Shown: positions 21,860 to 31,907 of the stretch, in pieces
Layout: each line of letters starts with the position of its first letter
Numbering within the stretch: the stretch's first letter is position 1
Source: Acidobacteriota bacterium
GTDB taxonomy: Bacteria; Acidobacteriota; Vicinamibacteria; Vicinamibacterales; 2-12-FULL-66-21
Length of the DNA stretch: 64,000 nucleotides
Assembly (NCBI GenBank): GCA_046731735.1
Contig: JBKPLP010000038.1
Location: forward strand, 1,979-65,978
Direction of reading: 5' to 3'
The notes under the pieces: generated by a model
The model's database searches: none
What the model was told of the DNA's origin: nothing
Seen by the model: the letters and a program-made list of their open reading frames with translations, nothing else
Translations under genes and position numbers: made by a program

Positions 21860-22278
21860 GATCTCTCGCTCCGGCTGGCCGCCTCGCGAACCAGTTGGGT
21901 CGCAATATCGGCGAGCGCGTCGGGCATGCACGGCTTCTGCACAATCCGATCGCATCCCGCTGCGCGCGCCCGCTGCTCGTGCGCGGAACCGCCATATCCG
22001 CTGAGACAGACGATTGGAACCGCCCGAAGCGCCTCATCACTGCGGACTTCGGCCACGAGTTCCAATCCGTTCATGCCGGGGAGCGACAGGTCGGTGACCA
22101 CGATGTCGACACGCCGTTCGCGCAGAACTGCCAGTCCCTGTTCGGCATCGGCTGCCGCCACGACGTCGAACGATGTTTTGAGGAACTCGGCGTACATCTG
22201 CCGGCTGTCTTCGTGGTCTTCGACGAGCAGGAGGACGGAGGTCGGCTGCGGATCTGGCTTCGCGATTGCCGCGGGCAT
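21856..22278 (-). CDS. Single-domain response regulator
   Basis: LVEDH...VTDLSLPGMNG...LSG...KP. Confidence 0.9.
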   Translation of the reverse strand: MPAAIAKPDPQPTSVLLLVEDHEDSRQMYAEFLKTSFDVVAAADAEQGLAVLRERRVDIVVTDLSLPGMNGLELVAEVRSDEALRAVPIVCLSGYGGSAHEQRARAAGCDRIVQKPCMPDALADIATQLVREAASRSERS

Positions 22279-22700
22279 CACCGCCGCCTCGCGCGGCCGC
22301 GTCCGACTGCCGCCGCCTGTCTCTTGAGATACTTCGAGATTTCCTCGACAAGATCCGGCGGCAGGCACGGCTTCGCGATGAAGCCGTCACATCCGGCCAT
22401 TCTGGCCCGCTCGCCTTCCGTCGCGAGCGCGTGCGCACTCAGCGCGACGACCAGAATGTTTTTCGTCGCAGGATCGGATTTCAGGAGGCGGGTCGCTTCC
22501 CAGCCGTCGATGCCCGGAAGCGAGAGATCCATCAGCACGAGATCGGGGCGCAGCCGGCGCGCCTTCTCGATCGCTTCACGCCCATCGCGGGCCGTCTCCA
22601 CGCGGAACGCCGCGAACTCCAGATAGTCGCGATACATCTCGCGCGCGTCGTCAAAATCCTCGACGATGAGAATCAACGGCGCGAGCGAGGGCACGGACAT
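22278..22700 (-). CDS. Single-domain response regulator (DivK-like)
   Basis: IVEDF...LMDLSLPGIDGWEATRLLK...LSAHA...GCDGFIAKP. Confidence 0.9.
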   Translation of the reverse strand: MSVPSLAPLILIVEDFDDAREMYRDYLEFAAFRVETARDGREAIEKARRLRPDLVLMDLSLPGIDGWEATRLLKSDPATKNILVVALSAHALATEGERARMAGCDGFIAKPCLPPDLVEEISKYLKRQAAAVGRGRARRR

Positions 22701-22750
22701 GCGATAAAACTCTCTCCTGAGCGGACAGCGGGGATGGACAGTGAAGGTTG

Positions 22751-23152
22751 CTACATCGGACGCGAGCGTTCGCGAATCAGGCTGCGGATTGCGGTTTCCA
22801 GATCGCCAGGAGAACAGGGCTTGGGGAGCACCGCTTCGATACCAGCACGCCGTGCGCGGTCCGGGTCGGCGGCAAACGCCGCGTAACCAGTCACCGCGAG
22901 CACCGGGATATCACGCGTGCGCGGATCCTGCTTCAGGCGGCGGGTCAACTCGAACCCGTCGATTCCTGGAATATTCAAGTCTGTGACGACCACGTCTGGC
23001 AGACTATCGACCGCTCGCTCGAGCGCCTGTAGTCCGTTGTGCGCCTGCGACACACGAAAACCTGCGCCCGTCAGCCAATCGGCGTACATACGGCGACCGT
23101 CCTGGTCGTCCTCCACGAGCAGCACGGTCGGGCCGCTATCACCTGAGGGCAT
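22751..23152 (-). CDS. Single-domain response regulator
   Basis: LVEDD...VTDLNIPGIDG...VTG...KP. Confidence 0.9.
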   Translation of the reverse strand: MPSGDSGPTVLLVEDDQDGRRMYADWLTGAGFRVSQAHNGLQALERAVDSLPDVVVTDLNIPGIDGFELTRRLKQDPRTRDIPVLAVTGYAAFAADPDRARRAGIEAVLPKPCSPGDLETAIRSLIRERSRPM

Positions 23153-23245
23153 TCAGGTCCTCTGCCCTTAAGTATAGCTGGCACCGCGAGGCGAATCAGG
23201 ACCGAGTCGAAATCTGCCTGACTGCGCCCACGTATTCGGATGAGC

Positions 23246-23626
23246 TTACGCCGGTATCTTCAGCACCTGTCCCGGTTTGATCAGGTCCGGGTTCTTGAGC
23301 TGGTCGCGATTCGCTTCGTAGATCTTCATGTAAGCGTTCGCGTCTCCGAAATACTCCTTTGCAATCTTGCTGAGCGTATCGCCTGACTTCACCGTGTAAG
23401 TTTTGGCAGACGCCGCCGCTGCGCCGCCTCCCGTGACATTGATGTCGGCGACGACCTCGTTGCGCCACTCCGGAATGGTCTTGATCGCGGTCCAGATCTC
23501 GTTCTTTTCCTGCTCCGACTTCACCGAACCCACGAAATGCAGCTTCCCGTCCTTCTCCTGGGCGCTGCCGTCGAATTTGCCCTTTGCCGTCGAAATGGCA
23601 TAGGCGTACTTTTCTCGCAATCCCAT
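23246..23626 (-). CDS. LysM-domain protein (Kbp/YgaU-like, BON-like N-terminus)
   Basis: YTVKSGDTLSKIAKEYFGDANAYMKIYEANRDQLKNPDLIKPGQVLKIP; GGAGG RBS. Confidence 0.92.
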   Translation of the reverse strand: MGLREKYAYAISTAKGKFDGSAQEKDGKLHFVGSVKSEQEKNEIWTAIKTIPEWRNEVVADINVTGGGAAAASAKTYTVKSGDTLSKIAKEYFGDANAYMKIYEANRDQLKNPDLIKPGQVLKIPA

Positions 23627-23652
23627 CTGTGGCCTCCGTTGCGCGTGGGAGG

Positions 23653-23668
23653 TGCAACGGCCGTTCCG
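23653..23668 (-). promoter_or_regulatory. Candidate sigma54 promoter of the LysM gene
   Basis: Minus strand CGGAAC-GGCCG-TTGCA. Confidence 0.5.
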
Positions 23669-23765
23669 TGACTGCGGTCATTTCCGCGCGGGATTGGCGA
23701 GTCGGTACTCGTGCGTCGTGCCGTCCGAAGCGGTCGAGGTGCGGACGCGCGGGTGCGGCCGCGCG

Positions 23766-26051
23766 TCATTTCGCGCCGCGGATTCGCAGCTCGGCGACCG
23801 ACCAGTAGAACACGTCCTCCGTTCCCGTCTGCGTGAACCGGACGTAGCGGGCCGGACGCGATTGGAAATCGAACGGCAGCATGTAATGGAGCGGGTCCTC
23901 GAGCGCGGCCGACATCGCCATCGGCGCGACGTTGCCGCTCCACGCCTGCGACCAGCGCTGATTGTCGAGTGAGGTCTCGATGGTCAGCTGACGCGGAAAA
24001 TCCATCACGTAGCCGCCAATGAACATCTCGACCCCTTCCACGGTATCGGCAGTTCCTAGATCCGCGGTCATCGAATCACCTGCCCGCTGCTCTCGGCCCG
24101 CGTGCCAGCGCGTCACCATGTCGCCGTCGGTCATATTGCTCAGCAACGCTTCGTTCTCTTTCGCCACGAATGAGGCGATCGCCAGAACCTCTCCGCCAAG
24201 CTTCGGCAGCGGCGGCGCATGCGGGCCCCGCTCTATTCTGAACGTCGAGTATCGATCGTCACGGTAGACGAGTTCAGCGCGAGGATAGCTGCCGACGAAC
24301 TGTCTCCAGCCGGCGCCCTGGTCCTGGTCGTGATCGATGACAACTTCGACCGGCCCGAACGAGGACAGCCGCGTCAGGACGTCGGGATCGTGATGGCGCA
24401 GCATGTATTGCAGCGCCCAATAGTGCGGCGCGAAGTAGCCGCTATAGCCATTGAACACGGGGCGACGATGTTCGGTCGCGCGATACAACACGATCGCGTC
24501 GTGCTGCGGGTTGGCCGGCAGCTCCAGACGCGCAACCGCGCGCGTGTGGATGGGACGCCACGCCGGCGGCTTCTCCATCACGATGGGGCGCGGCCATCCG
24601 TCGATCAGGATGCCCAGACATGCGATCGCGGGCAGGGCGCGTGAGGCCCGCGGCCATCTCGCGGTCAGTTGCCGGATGGCGAGCGCCGCCGCAATCGACA
24701 AGCACAGCACCGCCAGCATCCAGAAGCGCGCCGGAACCCGGATCCCATCGACACCCGGCAACAGCATCAGCCATGCGTACGGCGCCTTGTAAATCACCTT
24801 CCGGTCGAGCAGCGTCGGCGCCGGGCCGAGAGAGAACAACCACATCACAACCGCGGCCAGCGCGTAGAACGTCAGCGCGGATCGCCGCCGCCAGGCGGTG
24901 CGCACGGAGGGATGCAGCACGCCGGCCGCAAGCAGAAACAGCAGGCCGATGGAGAGCGGTTTGTGCGGTGTGGCGACGGACAGCAGCCGCAACCCGCCAA
25001 TCTCGAGCTTCCACGGACCGAAATACGCCGGCGATGCCGCGATTGCAAAGAACACGATCGAAATACCGATGAAGACACGCGCAATGCGAAGACGGCCGGT
25101 CCGCTCACGCGCCGCTCCCTGCCAACCGATGACCAGACCGGCAATGATGAGGATCACCACGGTCAGCCCCGGGAAAATGTCGGCCTCGGGATGGCGGACG
25201 ACATTCAGCCAGCCCCAGACGTACAGATTGCCCGGAGCCTTGAGGACGCTCGCGGCGTCCGCGCTGAACGATACGATCTCGTCGATCTCCCTCCGGAATC
25301 CGTACGCCCGCTGGAATTTCCAGTAGCCGTACATGACCGGCGCCAGAAGCGCCGCCGAAATCAGCCAGACGAAGCCAAGCCGGAGCAGCGCGCGCCAGCT
25401 CTCCCGGCCCGACACGAACCACGGCAGCCACAACCCGATCAACACCGACAGGTAGAACAGGTAATAGCCGCAGGCGAGCGCCTGCATCACCCACGCGGCG
25501 CCGAAGAGCACGAGCCACTGCGTTCTGCGATCCGCGAAATACCGGTGCAGCGCCGCGAGCGCAACGGGCATCCAGTACGCCGACAAGACCTGGACGTGGG
25601 CGAACTGCGCCATCCGATAGGGCGCAAAGGCGAAGGCAAGCCCCGCCAGGAACGCGCAGTCGTGACGACGGGAGATGGTGAAGGCGAGGAAGTAGGCGGA
25701 CAGCGCGGAAAGCGGAAACGTGAGAAAGAACGCGATGTTGTAGGCGAGCAGCGGGCTGCCGGTAAGGAGAATGACCGGAGTCGTGAGAATGGTGAGCCCG
25801 AGCAGGTGCTCGGAAAACGCCAGGGTACCGTCGACGGGATAGAACTGCGCACCGTTCCACCATGCCCGCGTCAGCGGCAGGACCCGGGCGTCCCACGAAA
25901 GAATCCAGGTGTTCAGCAGCGGATCGCCCAGATCGTTGGGCACCAGGCGGGCTGGATGAATGAGGAGCGGCCACGTCAGCGCGACGGTCAGGACGAAGTA
26001 CACGGCCGCCGCGACAACCACAGGACTGAACAGCCGGCGCATCAGGTTCAC
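23766..26051 (-). CDS. Multi-pass membrane protein (GT-C/YfhO-like glycosyltransferase) with C-terminal discoidin (F5/8 C) domain
   Basis: DLGDPLLNTWIL, AFAFAPYR, RVPARF, NGYSGY; C-terminal DGDMVTRW...ARYVRFTQTG...WSVAEL. Confidence 0.75.
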   Translation of the reverse strand: MNLMRRLFSPVVVAAAVYFVLTVALTWPLLIHPARLVPNDLGDPLLNTWILSWDARVLPLTRAWWNGAQFYPVDGTLAFSEHLLGLTILTTPVILLTGSPLLAYNIAFFLTFPLSALSAYFLAFTISRRHDCAFLAGLAFAFAPYRMAQFAHVQVLSAYWMPVALAALHRYFADRRTQWLVLFGAAWVMQALACGYYLFYLSVLIGLWLPWFVSGRESWRALLRLGFVWLISAALLAPVMYGYWKFQRAYGFRREIDEIVSFSADAASVLKAPGNLYVWGWLNVVRHPEADIFPGLTVVILIIAGLVIGWQGAARERTGRLRIARVFIGISIVFFAIAASPAYFGPWKLEIGGLRLLSVATPHKPLSIGLLFLLAAGVLHPSVRTAWRRRSALTFYALAAVVMWLFSLGPAPTLLDRKVIYKAPYAWLMLLPGVDGIRVPARFWMLAVLCLSIAAALAIRQLTARWPRASRALPAIACLGILIDGWPRPIVMEKPPAWRPIHTRAVARLELPANPQHDAIVLYRATEHRRPVFNGYSGYFAPHYWALQYMLRHHDPDVLTRLSSFGPVEVVIDHDQDQGAGWRQFVGSYPRAELVYRDDRYSTFRIERGPHAPPLPKLGGEVLAIASFVAKENEALLSNMTDGDMVTRWHAGREQRAGDSMTADLGTADTVEGVEMFIGGYVMDFPRQLTIETSLDNQRWSQAWSGNVAPMAMSAALEDPLHYMLPFDFQSRPARYVRFTQTGTEDVFYWSVAELRIRGAK

Positions 26052-26097
26052 GAAGTATACAAACGTTTGCCTATAATCCGGGCTGGAGGATGGACGC

Positions 26098-27543
26098 GTG
26101 AGATTGTCTGAAGCCTCGCTCGCGCTGGTGGCTCTGATCGTGCAGACACCGCCGGCTGCCGATTCGTCTGCGTTGCAGCAGATCCGCCGCGAAGGGCTGG
26201 AGCGCTCGCAGGTGGTGCGCGCCTTCGATCAGTTCGTGACGGTCGCCGGCCCGCGCCTGACCGGCTCGCCAGCACACAAGGCCGCCGCCGACTGGGCTCG
26301 CGAGACGCTCGCCTCGTGGGGACTCTCGAACGCGCACCTCGAGCCGTGGCCGTTCGGCCGGGGATGGGTGCTCGATCAGCAAGTGATCGAGATGATCGAG
26401 CCGCGGTACATGCCGCTGATCGGATATGCGGAGGCCTGGTCGGCCTCCACGCCGAAGGTGCTGGAGGCCAAACCGTTATTGATCACGGGCAGTACTCCCG
26501 CTGAGATCTCCGCGATGGCCGGCTCGCTTCGCGGTGCCATTGTGCTGACGCAGCCGATCCAAACGGAATTCGTCCGCGCCGACCGGCCGCAGCCGTCCAC
26601 GAGCGACACGCCCGTCCGCATCGGCGCGCCGCCGATGCCGCGCCGCGGCGTCAGCGCTGCCGACGCGCGCGCACTGAACCAGGCGCTGCATGACGCCGGC
26701 GCGGCGGTGCTGCTGCGGCCGAGCGCCGGCGAACACGGCACGGTGTTCGTGCTCGGCACCGATCGTGGAGAAAAGGCCATGCCGTCGATGGTGCTGGCGG
26801 CCGAGCACTACAACTTGATCGCCCGCATGGTTGAACGCGGGATGAATGTGAAGCTCCGCGTCGGCATCACGGCGCGGTACCTGACCACCGATGCGAACAG
26901 CTACAACGTCGTCGCGGAACTGCCCGGAGCCGACCCGGTCCTCCGGGATGAGATCGTCCTGCTCGGCGGACATCTGGACTCGTGGCACACCGCGACCGGC
27001 GCGAGCGACAATGCGGACGGCGCCGCGGCGGTCATGGAGGCGCTTCGTATCCTGAAGGCGACGGGGCTCCAGCCTCGACGGACGATCCGGGTTGCATTAT
27101 GGAGCGGCGAAGAGGAGGGGATGCTCGGGTCGAAAGCTTACGTGGCGCAGCATCTCGCAGGCGACGCTCATCAGCCGGACCGGGAGCGGCTGGCGGTCTA
27201 CTTCAACATCGACCCCGGCACGGGCCCGATCTACGGTTGGTATTCCGAAGACAGCCCTGCGGCGAAGGCATTGTTCGACGCGTGGCTGGCTCCCCTGCGG
27301 GACCTCGACGGACGGAAGAACGTGATCGCCGGCATCACCAACACGGATCATCTGAGCTTCAAAGCCGTCGGTGTTCCAGCGTTCACACCGATTCAGGACT
27401 ACACCACGTATGACGTGCGCACGCACCACACGAACGTCGATACCTACGAGCGGGTGCGGGAAGAAGATCTGAAGCAGAACGCGGTATCGCTCGCGTGGTT
27501 CGCGTACTGCGCGGCGATGATGAACGAGCGGTTCCCACGATGA
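26098..27543 (+). CDS. M28-family metallopeptidase (carboxypeptidase Q-like)
   Basis: GPRLTGSP, GGHLDSW, GASDNADG, WSGEEEGMLGS, TDHLSF, HHTNVD. Confidence 0.92.
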   Translation: MRLSEASLALVALIVQTPPAADSSALQQIRREGLERSQVVRAFDQFVTVAGPRLTGSPAHKAAADWARETLASWGLSNAHLEPWPFGRGWVLDQQVIEMIEPRYMPLIGYAEAWSASTPKVLEAKPLLITGSTPAEISAMAGSLRGAIVLTQPIQTEFVRADRPQPSTSDTPVRIGAPPMPRRGVSAADARALNQALHDAGAAVLLRPSAGEHGTVFVLGTDRGEKAMPSMVLAAEHYNLIARMVERGMNVKLRVGITARYLTTDANSYNVVAELPGADPVLRDEIVLLGGHLDSWHTATGASDNADGAAAVMEALRILKATGLQPRRTIRVALWSGEEEGMLGSKAYVAQHLAGDAHQPDRERLAVYFNIDPGTGPIYGWYSEDSPAAKALFDAWLAPLRDLDGRKNVIAGITNTDHLSFKAVGVPAFTPIQDYTTYDVRTHHTNVDTYERVREEDLKQNAVSLAWFAYCAAMMNERFPR

Positions 27544-27588
27544 CGCGCCGACCTGAGACGCCGGCCCTGGTGACGTGAAGGAAAAGTA

Positions 27589-27897
27589 ATGTCCACACCC
27601 CCTGACTCGCCGAAGAGCGCACTCGACATCGTGCTGGAGCGGCTGCGGCAAAAAGACGCGGCGGCCGGGACCGAACAGAAGGCGCTGACAGACGCGCAGC
27701 GAAGCGCCATCGCGGAGGTGCGGAGCATCTACGACGCGCAGGTGGCGGAGCGCAAGATTATGCACCGGTCGTCGGTCGATAGCGTGTTCGATCCCGCTGT
27801 AATCGAGGAGCGGGAACTGGAGCTGCGCCGCGATCTCGAACGGTTCGAGCGCGAGCGCGACGAGAAGATCACCAGAATTCGCGACGGTCGAGCTTAG
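27589..27897 (+). CDS. Hypothetical charged helical protein
   Basis: 102 aa, AAGGA RBS, fills the gap between flanking genes. Confidence 0.75.
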   Translation: MSTPPDSPKSALDIVLERLRQKDAAAGTEQKALTDAQRSAIAEVRSIYDAQVAERKIMHRSSVDSVFDPAVIEERELELRRDLERFERERDEKITRIRDGRA

Positions 27898-27900
27898 CGC

Positions 27901-27925
27901 GGCGGGGCATAAAGCCCCGCCCTAC
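27901..27925 (-). repeat. GTAG-type REP-like palindrome / hairpin
   Basis: Minus strand GTAG-GGCGGGGC-TTTAT-GCCCCGCC. Confidence 0.55.
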
Positions 27926-27976
27926 GGCCAACTGCCGGCCAACGCCAGCCCGAGGTCGGCCGTCTAAGCCTCCGAT

Positions 27977-30436
27977 ATGCATGCGCCCCTCCGACTCGAT
28001 GATCTTGCGCGGGACGTTCGCTTTGCGGTACGTCTGCTGCGACGCTCACCCGGGTTCACCATCACGGCCGGCCTTACCCTCGCGCTTGCGATTGCCATCA
28101 ACACCGCCGTCTTCAGCGTCGTCGATGCCGTCCTCCTCAAACCGCTTCCCTATCCGCAGCCGTCGAAGCTCGCGCTGGTCACGACCACCCGACGGGCGGC
28201 GGGTGCGGTTGAGACCGATCATGGGCAGACGGGCGCGACATGGCTTGCCATGCACGACCGCGCGGCGACGGTCGACGCCGCGGTGTACTCGACATGGCCG
28301 ACCGGCGTGAACCTCTCCGGCTCGGGTAAGGCGTCCTACGTTCAGCAGCAGCGAGTCGGCGCCGGTTTCTTCAAGGTTCTCGGCGTCGCACCAATGATCG
28401 GCCGCGAGTTCACCCCGGACGAAGACAGGCCGGGGGGTCCGCCGGCGGCGATCCTCAGTCACGCCCTCTGGCGCGCGATGTTCAACAGCGATCCCGCGGT
28501 GATCAACCGCGCGGTCATGCTCCGCGGCGAGGCAGCGACGATCGTGGGTGTGATGCCTCCACAATTCCGCACCGGCGCCGAAGCGGATGTGTGGACGCCG
28601 ATCCGTGCTTCGACGACGGGTGAAGGCGAAGGGGAGAACTATCACATCCTCGTGCGTCTACGCCCGGGAGTCGAGTGGGGGCAAGCCGACGCCGAGATTC
28701 GGCAAATCGGCACCGCCGTCGCACGGGCGCGCCAGCTGCCCGCCGGCGCATCGATGACCTTCTGGCTCGATCCGCTGCAGCGGGGGGTGACCGCGGATCT
28801 ACGCAGCCCGCTGCTCCTCCTGTCCGCCGCCGTCGGCATCGCGCTGCTCATCGCGTGCGTGAACCTCGCCGGACTGCTTCTCGCTCGCGCGGCGACGCGC
28901 TCGCGCGAGATTGCGACGCGGATGGCGCTGGGGAGCGGTCGCGGCGCGATGATTCGACAGCTGGTCATCGAGAGTCTCGTCCTGGCCGCGATTGGTTGGA
29001 TTGCCGGTGTCGGACTCGGCGCCGCGACGCTGGAGAGCCTGAAGGCGCTGGCAGCCGATGCCTTCGATATCTGGCAACCGGTCGCGCTCGACGCACGCGC
29101 GGTCCTCGCGGCCGCTGTGCTCGCCTTCGCCGCCAGCGTGTTATTCGGTCTCGCGCCAGCGTTCCACGCAACGCGCATGAACGTGCACGGCGCGCTCGTC
29201 GAGGGTGGAACGCGGAGCGTCGCCGGAGGCGGACGTTCGTGGATGCGCCGGCTGCTGATCGTCGCGCAGGTTTCGCTCGGCGTCGTGCTGCTGGTCGGCG
29301 CGGGTCTGCTCATGCGCACATTCGTCCACCTGCGCCAGCTCGATCCCGGATTCGATCCCTCCGGCGTCATCACCGCGAGCGTGTCATTGCAGGACGCGCG
29401 CTACCGCACCGCGGACCAGGTGACACGGCTCGTCGACCAGACGCTGGCGCGGGTGACGCAGGCGCCCGGCGTCAAGAGCGCGGCCGTCTCCCTGGGACTG
29501 CCGTACGAGCGGCTGCTCAACCTCGGGTTCCGTCATCTCGACGGTCCAGAGGCAGCATCTCCGCAAGGACGGATGACCAGCGCGACCTATGCTGCGGGGG
29601 ACTTGTTCGGCACGCTGCGGATTCCGCTGTACGCCGGGCGGACATTCGACGCGCGCGACCGGATGGGCTCAGCCGGTGTTGCGATCGTCAACGACACGTT
29701 CGCGCGCCAGTACCTCGGCGGCGCGCGCAACGCGATCGGGAGGCGCATCGCCTTCGCCGGCCGCGAGCGGGAGATCGTCGGCGTGGTCGGCGACGTCCAG
29801 GTCCGGCCCGGGTGGGGCGACAACGGCCCTATCGCGGCGATGCCGCTGGCCTACATACCGCTCGCCCAGGCGAATGACGGGTTCCTGCGGCTCGTTCACG
29901 GCTGGTTTTCTCCGGCGTTCATCATTCGCACCGAAGCCACGGCGGATGCCGTGGCAACCCTCCGCCGTGCGATCGATGCGACCGATCCGCTGCTTCCCTT
30001 CGCGCGGGTCCGCGACATCCGCCAGGTCCAGGATGCCTCTCTCGCGCAGCAGCGCTTTCTGACGGTGATTCTCGCCGGCCTGGGGCTGGCGGCGGTGCTG
30101 CTGGCCGCGGTCGGCATCCACGGCTTGATCGCGACGACCGTGTTCGAGCGCAGCCGCGAGATGGGCATTCGCGTCGCGCTCGGCGCCACGATGTCGCAGG
30201 CGATGCGAACGCTCGCGCTGCCTGGCATCGTTCTCGCCCTGACAGGTACGGCTATCGGCATCGGCGCCTCACTGGCGTTCGTTCGTCTCCTCCAGCACTA
30301 CGTCTGGGGCGTGTCGACGACCGATCCCGTGACCTTCGTCACCGTCATCGCGACGCTGCTAGCGGTTGCGACGACTGCCAGTGTCGTTCCCGCACTGAAG
30401 ATCCTCCGGATGGACCCGGCGACGATACTTCGCTGA
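27977..30436 (+). CDS. ADOP-family duplicated MacB/FtsX-like ABC permease
   Basis: DVRFAVRLLRRSPGF, LLIACVNLAGLLLARA, REIATRMALG, REMGIRVALGA. Confidence 0.92.
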   Translation: MHAPLRLDDLARDVRFAVRLLRRSPGFTITAGLTLALAIAINTAVFSVVDAVLLKPLPYPQPSKLALVTTTRRAAGAVETDHGQTGATWLAMHDRAATVDAAVYSTWPTGVNLSGSGKASYVQQQRVGAGFFKVLGVAPMIGREFTPDEDRPGGPPAAILSHALWRAMFNSDPAVINRAVMLRGEAATIVGVMPPQFRTGAEADVWTPIRASTTGEGEGENYHILVRLRPGVEWGQADAEIRQIGTAVARARQLPAGASMTFWLDPLQRGVTADLRSPLLLLSAAVGIALLIACVNLAGLLLARAATRSREIATRMALGSGRGAMIRQLVIESLVLAAIGWIAGVGLGAATLESLKALAADAFDIWQPVALDARAVLAAAVLAFAASVLFGLAPAFHATRMNVHGALVEGGTRSVAGGGRSWMRRLLIVAQVSLGVVLLVGAGLLMRTFVHLRQLDPGFDPSGVITASVSLQDARYRTADQVTRLVDQTLARVTQAPGVKSAAVSLGLPYERLLNLGFRHLDGPEAASPQGRMTSATYAAGDLFGTLRIPLYAGRTFDARDRMGSAGVAIVNDTFARQYLGGARNAIGRRIAFAGREREIVGVVGDVQVRPGWGDNGPIAAMPLAYIPLAQANDGFLRLVHGWFSPAFIIRTEATADAVATLRRAIDATDPLLPFARVRDIRQVQDASLAQQRFLTVILAGLGLAAVLLAAVGIHGLIATTVFERSREMGIRVALGATMSQAMRTLALPGIVLALTGTAIGIGASLAFVRLLQHYVWGVSTTDPVTFVTVIATLLAVATTASVVPALKILRMDPATILR

Positions 30437-30541
30437 TCCGGGATGCGGGATCCGGGATCCGGGATCCGGGATCCGGGATCCGGGATCCGCTAGGATCCGG
30501 AATCGGTCGATCGGATCCCGGATCCCGAATCCGGATCCCGC
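30435..30541. repeat. Inverted heptamer array (GATCCGG)~8 ... (GGATCCC)~4
   Basis: Read directly; dense in GATC sites. Confidence 0.85.
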
Positions 30542-30568
30542 ACTGCGCCGTGGTAGTCTCCCTACCGC

Positions 30569-31894
30569 ATGCCAGAACAGCCACGTCACATTCCGACGCG
30601 AGCGGTCGTCAGCTGGGTGCTGTACGACCTCGCCAACACCATCTTCTCGATGGGCGTCGTCTCCGCATATTTCTCCGTGTGGGTGCGCGACGAGGTTGGC
30701 GCGCAGCGGGCGGATTCAGTCTACGGCGTCATCACCGCCATCTCGATGGCGATCATCTTCTTCAGCTCGCCGCTGCTCGGCGCGATGACCGACCGCGCGC
30801 GCCGGCGCATGCCGTTTCTCGTTGTCAGCACCATCGTCTGCGTATTCTTCACCGCCCTGCTGGCGCGTTTCGGCTTTTTTATCACCGCGCTGTTCTTCGT
30901 GATCGCGAACGTCGCCTATCAGGCGGGACTGCAGTTCTATGACGCCATGCTGCCCGAGGTGAGCCACGAGGGAAATCGCGGCAAAATCAGCGGCATCGGC
31001 GTCGGCGTCGGCTATCTCGGCTCGTACATCGCGATCGGCCTGGGGATGGACTTCGCCTTCGGCTCGGAGGACAAGCCGTTCCTGTTCCTGATGATCGCGA
31101 TCTGTTTCCTGCTCTTCGCGCTGCCGTGCTTCATCTTCGTCAAGGAGCGCGGCAACCCCCACCCGCGCGAGGTCTTCAGCCTGAAGATGCTGCGCGAATC
31201 GACCGGAGAAACGATCCGCACGATCCGCTCGGGGCGCGAGTATCCCGGGCTGGTGCGCTTTCTCGTCGGCCGCATCTTCTACACCGATCCCATCAACACG
31301 GTGATCGCCATCATGATGCTCTATACGATCAACGTGGCAGAGCACACCGGGCTGACGCACGATCAGGGAGAGGAGACCGGCAAGATGATCATGATGACCG
31401 CAATCACTTTTGCGGTCATCGGCGGGTTCGTCTGGGGATGGCTCGTTGATCGCTGGGGGCCCAAGCGGACGCTGAACTACGTGCTGTATCTCTGGGTCGG
31501 GGTCTTCCTGCTCGCCGCCGCGATCGGCATCCTGGGACTGCCGCTCGGCACGCTGTACGTCGTCGCCTGCGCGGCCGGCGTCGCACTCGGCGGTGTCTGG
31601 GCGGCAGACCGGCCCTACATGCTGCGCCTGACGCCTCCCAATCGGATCGGCGAGTTCTACGGCCTTTATGGCATGGTCGGCCGGTTTTCCGCGATTACCG
31701 GCCCGCTGATCTGGGCCATCGTCACGCGCCTGACGATCACCATGATGGGGATGTCGCCGCAGGTCGGCCAGGGAATCGGCGTGCTGGTGCTGCTGCTGCT
31801 GATTGTGATCAGTTACGTGATCCTGCAGCCCGTGAGCGACGCGCCGCGCGACTGGACGAAAGCGGCGGCGGTCCCTTCGGCGGCCGTGCGGTGA
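30569..31894 (+). CDS. MFS transporter (UMF1/Atg22-like)
   Basis: SWVLYDLANTIF, FYDAMLPEVS, GEFYGLYGMVGRFSAITGP; about 12 TM. Confidence 0.9.
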   Translation: MPEQPRHIPTRAVVSWVLYDLANTIFSMGVVSAYFSVWVRDEVGAQRADSVYGVITAISMAIIFFSSPLLGAMTDRARRRMPFLVVSTIVCVFFTALLARFGFFITALFFVIANVAYQAGLQFYDAMLPEVSHEGNRGKISGIGVGVGYLGSYIAIGLGMDFAFGSEDKPFLFLMIAICFLLFALPCFIFVKERGNPHPREVFSLKMLRESTGETIRTIRSGREYPGLVRFLVGRIFYTDPINTVIAIMMLYTINVAEHTGLTHDQGEETGKMIMMTAITFAVIGGFVWGWLVDRWGPKRTLNYVLYLWVGVFLLAAAIGILGLPLGTLYVVACAAGVALGGVWAADRPYMLRLTPPNRIGEFYGLYGMVGRFSAITGPLIWAIVTRLTITMMGMSPQVGQGIGVLVLLLLIVISYVILQPVSDAPRDWTKAAAVPSAAVR

Positions 31895-31907
31895 ATCGCG
31901 CCCTAAC

